Source: an uncultured Thermoplasmata archaeon
GTDB taxonomy: Archaea > Thermoplasmatota > Thermoplasmata > UBA10834
Reading direction: 5' to 3'
Length of the DNA: 64,000 bases
Assembly: GCA_964488505.1 (NCBI GenBank)
Contig: CAZAUI010000007.1
Coordinates: 725-64,724 of the forward strand
The notes beneath the pieces were generated by a model. The model did no database searches. It saw nothing but the letters and a program-made list of their open reading frames with translations, and was not told where the DNA came from. The translations under genes and the position numbers were made by a program. Of this stretch, positions 8,639 through 16,501 are shown piece by piece; the first letter of the stretch is position 1, and each line of letters begins with the position of its first letter.

Positions 8639-10024
8639 TGCGGAGTCTTCGCGACGGCGTCAGTCGCGAACGTGTCGATAGACATATTCTATGCTCTGAG
8701 GGTGCTGCAGCACCGGGGACAGGAGTCCGCGGGCATCGCTGTCTACAACCACGAGGGCGTCAAGTGCCTCAAGGGCATGGGACTGGCCCATCAGGCGCTC
8801 AAGACCGACGAGGTCCAGGCCCTCAAGGGCCAGCTCGGCATCGGCCATGTCAGATACTCCACGGTCGGGTCGTCCAACATCAGCAACGCGCAGCCGTTCG
8901 TCGTGTCGACCAACTACGGGGACATCGCCCTGGCCCACAACGGCGAGATCGTCAACTCGGACAAGATCATGGACGAGCTGAAGAAGAAAGGCTGGGCGTT
9001 CATCACATCCTCCGATTCCGAGATCATAGTCAGGCTCCTGGCGAACGAGATCGCGAGCACCGGTGACCCGGTGCGGGCTATCAAGAACGTGATGTCGACG
9101 ATACAGGGCGCGTACTCCCTCACCGTCATGGTCGACAACCGGGTGTTCGCCATCCGGGACCCGTTCGGCTTCAGGCCGCTTTGCGTCGGCAGGACGAAGA
9201 CCGGCTACGCCGCTGCATCCGAGAGCGTCGTGTTCGACACGCTCGGCGGGGAGTTCATCAGGGACGTCGAGCCCGGGGAGATAGTCGAACTGCTGCCGGG
9301 GGAGATCAGGCCCACGAAGACCGGCCTGGCCAAGGGCAGGGCGCACTGCATGTTCGAGTGGGTCTACATCGCGAGGGCCGACTCGGTCATAGAGGAGAAG
9401 CTCGTGTACGAGGTCAGGAGGCGCATAGGGGAGCGCCTCGCGAAGGAGCAGCCGGTCGACGCCGACGTCGTCGTCCCGATACCGGACTCCGGGAGGTCCC
9501 ACGCCATGGGATACGCCGAGGGGTCTGGGATCAGATACTCCGAGGGCCTGATGAAGAACAGGTACGTGGAACGTACCTTCATCATGCCGGAGCAGTCGGA
9601 CAGGACGACCGGCGTCATGCTGAAACTCAACCCCCTGAAGAGCGTGATCAAGGACAAGAGGATCGTGCTCGTGGACGACTCGATAGTCCGGGGCACGACC
9701 ATGAGGAAGATCGTGCAGCTGGTGAGGAACGCGGGGGCCAAGGAGGTCCATGTCAGGATAGGCTCCCCGCCGATCATAGCGCCCTGCTACTTCGGGATAG
9801 ACATGAAGACGAGGGACCAGTTCGCAGCCACGGGCAGGACTGTTGAGGAGATCGGGAAGATGATCACCGCGGACAGCCTCGGCTACATATCCATAGACGG
9901 GCTCGTGGACGCCATCGGGCTCCCTGCGGGCGACCTGTGCCTCGCATGCCTCACGGAGGAGTACCCCCTGGCCGTGCCCGGCGAGAAGGTGAGGTACCAG
10001 AAGAAGCTGGACTCCTTCGCATGA
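8639..10024 (+). CDS. purF: Amidophosphoribosyltransferase (glutamine PRPP amidotransferase); coordinates start at the catalytic Cys codon and the true initiation codon is unresolved
   Basis: The track starts at GTG 8672, but the frame is open from 8606 and encodes EE-CGVFATASVANVSIDIFYALRVLQHRGQESAGIA. That is the Ntn-Cys1 plus LQHRGQ motif of PurF. The PRPP loop VLVDDSIVRGTT is present. Confidence 0.88.
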   Translation, partial: CGVFATASVANVSIDIFYALRVLQHRGQESAGIAVYNHEGVKCLKGMGLAHQALKTDEVQALKGQLGIGHVRYSTVGSSNISNAQPFVVSTNYGDIALAHNGEIVNSDKIMDELKKKGWAFITSSDSEIIVRLLANEIASTGDPVRAIKNVMSTIQGAYSLTVMVDNRVFAIRDPFGFRPLCVGRTKTGYAAASESVVFDTLGGEFIRDVEPGEIVELLPGEIRPTKTGLAKGRAHCMFEWVYIARADSVIEEKLVYEVRRRIGERLAKEQPVDADVVVPIPDSGRSHAMGYAEGSGIRYSEGLMKNRYVERTFIMPEQSDRTTGVMLKLNPLKSVIKDKRIVLVDDSIVRGTTMRKIVQLVRNAGAKEVHVRIGSPPIIAPCYFGIDMKTRDQFAATGRTVEEIGKMITADSLGYISIDGLVDAIGLPAGDLCLACLTEEYPLAVPGEKVRYQKKLDSFA

Positions 10025-10038
10025 TGCGGCGCAGAACC

Positions 10039-10046
10039 TTTAACTA
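10039..10046 (+). promoter_or_regulatory. TATA-like box upstream of tRNA-Ala
   Basis: TTTAACTA lies 30-37 nt upstream of tRNA position 1. Confidence 0.4.
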
Positions 10047-10075
10047 GGGCATGGACATACATCGACAACCCAAAT

Positions 10076-10147
10076 GGGCCGGTAGATCAGCGGCAGATCG
10101 CTCGCTTGGCATGCGAGAGGTCGCGAGTTCAAATCTCGCCCGGTCCA
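10076..10147 (+). tRNA. tRNA-Ala (anticodon GGC)
   Basis: The cloverleaf was folded by hand. Acceptor GGGCCGG/CCGGTCC carries the G3:U70 Ala identity pair. The anticodon arm is CTCGC-TTGGCAT-GCGAG and the T-arm is GCGAG-TTCAAAT-CTCGC. The discriminator is A and no CCA is encoded. Confidence 0.93.
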
Positions 10148-10185
10148 CACTCACGCCCCGTTGCCCCGACGTGCGTATGTGAGAG

Positions 10186-11586
10186 TCATCGTGATTTCGT
10201 CTCTTCCTCGAGGGCCTCCTCCATGATGTCGAGACCCGTCTCCAAGAGAGAGCGCGTGATCGTGAGCGGCGGATGCAGCCTCAGGACATTGCCGAGGTAG
10301 CCCCCGGAGGACACATAGAGCCCCTTCCTGAAGCATCTGAGTCGGACCTCCCTCGCGAACTCTGGAGCGGCTTCCTTTCCTCTCTTAGATTTGACCAGTT
10401 CGATGCCCATCATGGCTCCCAGGCCTCTCGCGTCGCCGACCGCTTCGAACCGGTCCTCCCACTCACTGAGGCGCCTATTCATGACGCTATGGACCATCTT
10501 CACGTTCGGCAACGCCCGTTCGGCCAGCTTGATGGCCTCCAGAGCGCCTGCGCAGCATATCGGATTGCCTCCGTACGTCCCGCCCAAGCTCGCAGGAGCC
10601 GGGGAGGACATGATCTCATCCCTGCCCGTCACCGCCCCGATCGGGAGCCCCATGGACAGCGACTTGCCAGTGACCACTAGGTCCGGTTTGACCTTCCAGT
10701 GTTCGATTGCGAAGAGCTTCCCCGTCCTGCCGAAACCAGTCTGGATCTCATCGTCGATGAACACTATCTCGTTGTCCTCGCAGATCTGCTTGACCCGCCC
10801 CCAATACCCGGTAGGAGGGGTGATGAAGCCACCAGCTCCCTCGACGGGTTCCATGACGAGGCAACAGACATCGTCCTTCAGCTCCTTGGAGGCGACTGCG
10901 TCCTCGACCAGGTCCGTGCAGGCAAGGCCGCATGACGGGTACTCCTGGTCCAGGGGGCACCTGTAGCAGTATGCGATATCCACCAGCCTGACGTCCGGGA
11001 GCATGGGTCCGTAACCCTCCCGGAACGGTTTCTCCTTGCCCATGAGCGAGATCCCGAGGTATGTCCTGCCGTGGTACCCGGTCACGTATGAGATGAGCCA
11101 CCTCTTCCTGTTGTAGGCCCTCGCGATCTTCACGGCATTCTCGATTGCCTCGGAGCCGCTGTTCATGATCAGGCTCTTCCCGAGTCTCCCAGGGCATATC
11201 CGCGACAGTTCCTCGGCGAGCCGGAGGTACGGCTCGTACATCGAGACCAAAGCGCTGATGTGGTCGAGCCTGTCGATCTGGTGCTTCCATGCGTACAGCA
11301 CCTCCCTCGGCCTGTGCCCGCAGTTGAGCGCACCCAAACCCACCGTGAAGTCCAAGTAGACGTTCCCGTCGACGTCCCGAAGGAACGGACCTTCCGCGTA
11401 ATCAATCGAAACAGGGTGACTGACCCCAAGGCCGACAGTCACGAACTTCTCCTTCCTCTTCATCGCAGCCCTAGAATTCGGCCCGGGAGGCTCCACCAAT
11501 ATTCTAGGGCCCTTCAGCCTCCGGCCTCCAGACTTGGAATCACCCTCGGCGACGATTGGCTTGCTGCGGGAATGGCTCTTGTTCAT
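10186..11586 (-). CDS. Class-III PLP aminotransferase (GabT / omega-aminotransferase-like)
   Basis: Motifs seen: GPNSRAAMKRKEKF..., NSGSEAIENAVKIAR, VFIDDEIQTGFGRTGKLFA, and GKSLSMGLP (PLP Lys). The start is taken at ATG 11586 (MNKSHS...); the track start at 11715 is over-extended. It is a paralogue of 45903..47243. Confidence 0.85.
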   Translation of the reverse strand: MNKSHSRSKPIVAEGDSKSGGRRLKGPRILVEPPGPNSRAAMKRKEKFVTVGLGVSHPVSIDYAEGPFLRDVDGNVYLDFTVGLGALNCGHRPREVLYAWKHQIDRLDHISALVSMYEPYLRLAEELSRICPGRLGKSLIMNSGSEAIENAVKIARAYNRKRWLISYVTGYHGRTYLGISLMGKEKPFREGYGPMLPDVRLVDIAYCYRCPLDQEYPSCGLACTDLVEDAVASKELKDDVCCLVMEPVEGAGGFITPPTGYWGRVKQICEDNEIVFIDDEIQTGFGRTGKLFAIEHWKVKPDLVVTGKSLSMGLPIGAVTGRDEIMSSPAPASLGGTYGGNPICCAGALEAIKLAERALPNVKMVHSVMNRRLSEWEDRFEAVGDARGLGAMMGIELVKSKRGKEAAPEFAREVRLRCFRKGLYVSSGGYLGNVLRLHPPLTITRSLLETGLDIMEEALEEETKSR

Positions 11587-11807
11587 TGGCAGAAGGATAT
11601 GAATGACAATGTGAAGAACTTTGTTGCGGGATGATGCCCAGTTCGCGCGGACATCAACGTTACGCTCAATTCGAGAACCGTCTAGCGCGTAGCTTCTTTG
11701 ACTGACAAGGACCATCGATGCCTAGCTCAAGCGAGTTCCGGACTCGCCAGGCCTACTGACCACCCCCTGGAAAAGACCTTAGGGCAGAAAAGCCGATTAC
11801 GACCTCC

Positions 11808-12296
11808 ATGAGAATCGAGTATTTCCACGCGTCTAAGTTCGGCAACGGGGCCATGGTCGCTGAGGAGTTCAAGAGACTCATGGCGGCCAAAGGAATCACG
11901 GTGAATGTCTATCACGTACGGGACGCGCGGCCGAAGGAGATTGCGCCTGCGGACTTGTATGTCTTCAGCTCGCCTGGACGGATCGGCAAGCCGATCGGAA
12001 GCATGCGTCGGTTCCTGAAGAAGGCGCAGTTGCCGCCAGGATCCAGGTACGCAATATTGACGACCGAAGCGCCACCCAAGCCTGACAAGAAGACGGGTAA
12101 GGTGCCCACTGAGGAGGAATTCGCGAAGTACCAGCGCATCAGACCGATAATGAATGAACTGCTGCAGGCGAAGGGCATGAGCAAGGTCGCCGAGGGAAAG
12201 GTCCTGGTGAACCCGAACACCCTGAAGGGTCCTTTGGAGGATGGTTGGCAGGAGAAGGTGGAGGCTTTCGCGGCCCAGATCATGGCCCATGATTGA
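11808..12296 (+). CDS. Flavodoxin-like fold protein
   Basis: MRIEYFHASKFGNGAMVAEEFKRLM...ADLYVFSSPGRIGKP resembles the short-chain flavodoxin-like beta1-loop-alpha1 and beta3 pattern. The family assignment is tentative. Confidence 0.55.
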   Translation: MRIEYFHASKFGNGAMVAEEFKRLMAAKGITVNVYHVRDARPKEIAPADLYVFSSPGRIGKPIGSMRRFLKKAQLPPGSRYAILTTEAPPKPDKKTGKVPTEEEFAKYQRIRPIMNELLQAKGMSKVAEGKVLVNPNTLKGPLEDGWQEKVEAFAAQIMAHD

Positions 12297-12391
12297 CACG
12301 GTTACGGCAGAGCCTGAACCGTGAGGCGGGAACCTTGGGCCGAACGACGAATCACCCGGATCGGCCAATCGCATCCTTCTAACGGCAACGC

Positions 12392-12844
12392 ATGCCAACG
12401 AGGGAAAACAGTATGAGGGAGCCGGCCCATGAGGCGGAGAGCCCGATGAACGCAAGGTCCGTGACAGCCGCCTACTCAATAGCCATAGGGATCATGATGA
12501 TAGCTATGTGGTCGGTTTTCGCCCTGACAGACCAGATTCCGGAGTTCGACGAACGACCGAAGGAGATAGCCTTCCACCTGGCCGCGGAGTTCCTGACGGC
12601 CTCCGCCCTGCTCCTAGGGGGCACGGGCTTGGCTTTGAGGCGCGTGTGGGGGTTCGGCATGAACATGGCCGCACTAGGCATGCTCGCCTATACGGTTGTC
12701 GTCAGCCCAGGATACTACGCGCAGACCGGAGACTACGCGTTCGTCGGCATGTTCGCCGTCTTGATGGTGATGACGCTGGCACTCATGGTGCTGTCCATCG
12801 TCAAGAGGGACGAACTCGCGGTGAAGAGAGAAGCCAGTCAGTAG
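12392..12844 (+). CDS. Hypothetical integral membrane protein (about 4 TM)
   Basis: Four hydrophobic segments are present (AYSIAIGIMMIAMWSVFAL, FLTASALLLGGTGLAL, NMAALGMLAYTVVV, FVGMFAVLMVMTLALMVLSIV). No family was recognised. Confidence 0.55.
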   Translation: MPTRENSMREPAHEAESPMNARSVTAAYSIAIGIMMIAMWSVFALTDQIPEFDERPKEIAFHLAAEFLTASALLLGGTGLALRRVWGFGMNMAALGMLAYTVVVSPGYYAQTGDYAFVGMFAVLMVMTLALMVLSIVKRDELAVKREASQ

Positions 12845-13860
12845 ACCGCGCCGTCCGCCTGCGTCGACACCAGGACCCCTTCCAACGCAGAGAGTTCGTA
12901 TTCCGCACCACCGCTGCCAGTCCATGTCACGATGTTGAACGTGGCAGTGCCGGACATCTTGTACACGGAGACGTCCATGTAGGTCAACGGCGTCCTAGGC
13001 TCGCAGACCTCTGGAGCGCCAGGCGTCCTCAGGAAGTACGCAGCCCCGGCGTCCGTCCATGAGAACATGGTGACCGTGCCGTCCATATCGACCCCTAGGG
13101 CGGTCTCCTCGTCGATGCCGATCCCGAATGCCTCCGTCGCCCAGCCGTCCTGTACTATCCTCGCTAGGAATGTAACGAGCCTCCCCATCCGGTCCCGGGC
13201 CACGAAGTGGCTGTCAGTGATCGTGTCGTCCATGTTGGGCATGTCGAGGAAGTCCTTGGCGAGTGTCACGCGCATGGTGTACGGGTCCCTCAGGGCGGAT
13301 ATGGAATCCACGGAGCCCCTCTGAGCGGCGTACACGAACTCGCCGAGCACGGCCAGTCCGGCGCTCGTGCCCCCTATGGGCGCACCCTTGTTCCGCACAT
13401 GGTGTATCGCCTTCTCGACCGGGGTGCCGTTCCACATGCTGACGTAGTTCCACTGGTTCCCGCCGGCTATGAACAGAGCCTCAGCGTTCCGTATCGTCTT
13501 CAGGACGAACTTGTCGGTGCAGGCCGCATCCGTGTTGAATACGATGGTCTCGACCGAGTTGACTCCGCCGAGCTCCGAGTAGAGGTAATCGTTGTAACCG
13601 TCCTCCCCGGAACACCTGATGATGACGAAATCGCCGCCACCGGACTTGGAGATCATCCATCTCATAGCATCGTCGACGTCGGTGCTCCCGCCTGCGAGCA
13701 GCAGGCACGGAGTCGTTTCCGTGACCACGTCGGCCGGGTCTCCTGTCAGATAGTAATCATAACTCGCGCTCTCCCCCACCGCCGACAACGAGACCATCGT
13801 GGTCGACAGCACCATTACCAGGACTAGAGTCCCTGCTAGCACGCGTCTCCTGAGGTACAC
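12838..13860 (-). CDS. Secreted peptidase S51 family protein (cyanophycinase / dipeptidase-E-like)
   Basis: An N-terminal signal/anchor (RRRVLAGTLVLVMVLSTTMVSLSAV) is followed by FIAGGNQWNY...GAPIGGTSAGLAVLGEF, the S51 nucleophile-Ser context GxSAG. Confidence 0.7.
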   Translation of the reverse strand: MYLRRRVLAGTLVLVMVLSTTMVSLSAVGESASYDYYLTGDPADVVTETTPCLLLAGGSTDVDDAMRWMISKSGGGDFVIIRCSGEDGYNDYLYSELGGVNSVETIVFNTDAACTDKFVLKTIRNAEALFIAGGNQWNYVSMWNGTPVEKAIHHVRNKGAPIGGTSAGLAVLGEFVYAAQRGSVDSISALRDPYTMRVTLAKDFLDMPNMDDTITDSHFVARDRMGRLVTFLARIVQDGWATEAFGIGIDEETALGVDMDGTVTMFSWTDAGAAYFLRTPGAPEVCEPRTPLTYMDVSVYKMSGTATFNIVTWTGSGGAEYELSALEGVLVSTQADGAVY

Positions 13861-13940
13861 AGTTACCTCCCCCGACCCGAGAGCACTGACCAGCCTACAT
13901 TATGCTTGCGTCAGTGTGCCGATCCGGGGCGGACGACATC

Positions 13941-13947
13941 TATATAT
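13941..13947 (+). promoter_or_regulatory. TATA-like box upstream of the surface-protein/ECF operon
   Basis: TATATAT lies about 55 nt upstream of ATG 14000. GAGAGAGGA (SD-like) lies 5-13 nt upstream of that ATG. Confidence 0.4.
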
Positions 13948-13999
13948 CGACCCTCGCCATCCGCGTTATGCTTCAATGAGCATATAGAGAGAGGATATC

Positions 14000-16495
14000 A
14001 TGAGTGGCGACTCCGAAGGAACTAATGACAACGCCTCGTCCGACGCGGGATCCGAGAACATCAGCCCCAAGAGGAAGGGCGCGTCACCTACGGTGAAGAT
14101 AATCGCCGTGGCGGTGATAGTGATCCTGCTCATAGCGGTCCCCGTGGGATACTTCATCCTGACGGGAGACGACGATGGCGATGATGACGATGACGACGAC
14201 GCGGATGAGGCTGTCGATTTCTCCGTCGTCCTGACGGGGAAGGATGGGCAGACTGAGACGGTGAACTACACGGCGTTGGAGGGGATGGACTTCGTTGAGG
14301 CCGTATCCTCATTCCAGAACACCTTCGGGACCTGGAAGGGGCTCGGGACCTACGGCGGGGTGGAGCTGAGAGACCTCGCAGACCTCGTCGGCGGCATGGA
14401 GCCGGGCGACGTCATGACGGTCTCCGCGCCTGACGGCTACGCATGCAACCTCACATACTATCAGGTCTACGCGGCAGAGGAGTACCTCGAGATACAGGGA
14501 CGGATCATCCTGGCGTATGAATACAACAGCTCCATCATGGACGACGAGGATGGCCCTATGGTCGCGGTGCTGTCTCCTGACGGGGCATTCAGCAACGACG
14601 ACTTCAACGCCACGTGTTCGAAGGACCCCGAGTTCTTGTCGCTTACAGGCGCAGGCCCCCTGTGGGTCAAGAACGTTAGCACGATATCTGTCGGCAGTCT
14701 GTACGAGGAATGGACGGTCAATCTCACAAACCTCGACGAGGTAACGACAGAGCTGACCAGGACAGAGTTCGTCAGACTCGCATACTTCAACAGCGCTGAG
14801 TGGACCGACGACGAGGAAGGGGTATGGTCAGGCGCCACATTGTCGTCCGTGCTAGGCCTGATCGACGACGACGACCCGTCGACTTTCAACGAGACGCTTG
14901 CAGACACGGACTACCAGGTACAGATAATGGCGAGCGACGAATACAACAAGACCTTCATCGCCAAGTACCTCGTCGAGAACGGGACCCTGCTGGCCGACAT
15001 GCTCAACGGCACCGCCCTCGGCGAGGAGGACTCCCCGCTGAGGATCGTAGGCGACGGCATGACCGGCGGCCAGATGGTCAGCATGGTCGCTTCTGTCACC
15101 ATGCTCCCGCCCTCGGAGCCCGATGTGCCGGAGGACGTCGTCCTGACCGTGGAAGGGACGACGACGTTGGACTTCACGCTCTCCGAGCTGCAGGGAATGA
15201 CGGCCGTCACGTCCATGGGCGGATTCATAAAGTCGACAGGCACCGTCATAGGGCCGGACGAGTTCACCGGTGTCCCCCTGAATGACCTTGTCGGCATGGT
15301 ATATTCAGGAGGGGAGTACTCGGTCGAGGTGGTCGCCACTGACGACTACACGATCACGTACAACTACTCGCAGGTCGAGGACGGGTTGTTCGAATACTTC
15401 GACTCTGCAACAGGAGACCCCCTTGGATACGACGCCTTCACGATGGTCATGGCCTATGCGCAGGACGGACTACCCCTGGAAAACATGACCCTGCGCATTG
15501 CCATCATCGACGACAGCGAACCAATCACGAGCAGCGACCTGTGGGCGAAGATGGTGAGGACGGTCAGGGTGGTCCCGTTCGTTGAGGAGTGGTCTCTCCG
15601 ATTGAACGGCACCACGGCCATGGACTTGAACAGACAGACATTCGAGGCGATTGCCTCCTGTGACTATCACATGGTCAGTTGGTCGTTCGAGAACGAGACG
15701 GGTGTACACACGTACACCGGCGTCGCATTGTGGGTGCTCGTCTCGGCCGTGGACGGGGCGGACGGGCCGGAAGGGGAGTACTCATTCAACGACCTGCTCG
15801 CATTCGCAGGCTACAGCGTCAGGGTGACCGCCTCGGACGGATACAACAAGGCGTTCACATCGATGCAGGTCGCGAGGAACGACTCCATAATCGTCGCGAA
15901 CAGGCTCGACGGACAACCGCTGCCGGACGACGAATGGCCCCTGAGGATAGTGGGGAACTGGCTGCCGGGCAACATGAAGGTCGGACAGGTGGTCAACATA
16001 TCCCTCGAGGACCTCCAGCCGGTGCCCGACTGGGAGCTGACCCTGATAGGCACTAGGACCATAGTCATGAGCGCGGAATCACTTGCATCTATGTTCTACT
16101 CCGGCCTACACGGGCCGTGGTTCAACTACACCGACGAGGACGGGATGCACGCTGCGTTCTACACCTTCACGAACGAGACCGGCGAACACACGTACGCAGG
16201 GATACCGCTCTGGATGCTCGTCGCGATCGTGGACGGAGAGGACCTGGACCACTACGAATTCAACGAGTCGCTGGCTGACGCGGGGTACGACGTGAATGTC
16301 AGCGCTGTCGACTACAGCACACTCCTTCCGATTTCCACTGTGGCACACAACGACAGCGTCATCCTCGCGTTCATGCTCGACGGGGGGTTCCTCATGGACG
16401 ACGACTACCCGTTGAAGCTCGTGGGCGAGTACCTGTCCGGGTCGCAGAAGGTGAAGGCGGTTGTGACGATAGTGCTGGTCAATCTGCCTGCGTGA
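14000..16495 (+). CDS. N-terminally anchored surface protein with five tandem Moco-less sulfite-oxidase/YedY-like domains
   Basis: 831 aa: cytoplasmic tail, one TM (VKIIAVAVIVILLIAVPVGYFIL), a poly-Asp linker, then five ~135-160-aa repeats. Approximate repeat coordinates are 14216-14695, 14705-15106, 15131-15577, 15584-16012 and 16025-16486. Recurring strings are GV.L.DLV / GV.LW.LV, DGY/SDGYNK and PLRIVG. About 20 N-x-S/T sequons are present. Confidence 0.8.
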   Translation: MSGDSEGTNDNASSDAGSENISPKRKGASPTVKIIAVAVIVILLIAVPVGYFILTGDDDGDDDDDDDADEAVDFSVVLTGKDGQTETVNYTALEGMDFVEAVSSFQNTFGTWKGLGTYGGVELRDLADLVGGMEPGDVMTVSAPDGYACNLTYYQVYAAEEYLEIQGRIILAYEYNSSIMDDEDGPMVAVLSPDGAFSNDDFNATCSKDPEFLSLTGAGPLWVKNVSTISVGSLYEEWTVNLTNLDEVTTELTRTEFVRLAYFNSAEWTDDEEGVWSGATLSSVLGLIDDDDPSTFNETLADTDYQVQIMASDEYNKTFIAKYLVENGTLLADMLNGTALGEEDSPLRIVGDGMTGGQMVSMVASVTMLPPSEPDVPEDVVLTVEGTTTLDFTLSELQGMTAVTSMGGFIKSTGTVIGPDEFTGVPLNDLVGMVYSGGEYSVEVVATDDYTITYNYSQVEDGLFEYFDSATGDPLGYDAFTMVMAYAQDGLPLENMTLRIAIIDDSEPITSSDLWAKMVRTVRVVPFVEEWSLRLNGTTAMDLNRQTFEAIASCDYHMVSWSFENETGVHTYTGVALWVLVSAVDGADGPEGEYSFNDLLAFAGYSVRVTASDGYNKAFTSMQVARNDSIIVANRLDGQPLPDDEWPLRIVGNWLPGNMKVGQVVNISLEDLQPVPDWELTLIGTRTIVMSAESLASMFYSGLHGPWFNYTDEDGMHAAFYTFTNETGEHTYAGIPLWMLVAIVDGEDLDHYEFNESLADAGYDVNVSAVDYSTLLPISTVAHNDSVILAFMLDGGFLMDDDYPLKLVGEYLSGSQKVKAVVTIVLVNLPA
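14168..14209 (+). repeat. GAY-rich low-complexity tract encoding a poly-Asp linker (DDDGDDDDDDDADE)
   Basis: Read directly: gac gac gat ggc gat gat gac gat gac gac gac gcg gat gag, immediately after the TM anchor. Confidence 0.9.
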
Positions 16496-16501
16496 GGTAA
16501 G

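Noticed and set aside
8660-9751. 363-aa ORF antisense to purF
   Set aside because: Same reasoning: it is antisense to a conserved gene, has a biased composition and carries no recognisable domain.
10148-13900. Integrated element next to tRNA-Ala (and likewise next to tRNA-Trp)
   Set aside because: I could find no integrase, transposase, phage or plasmid gene and no duplicated tRNA 3' segment. The genes are ordinary metabolic or membrane functions.
14168-14209. Short GAY-repeat tract as a possible microsatellite or CRISPR-like repeat
   Set aside because: It is in frame, encodes a poly-Asp linker after the TM anchor and has no spacer structure. It is simply low-complexity coding sequence.
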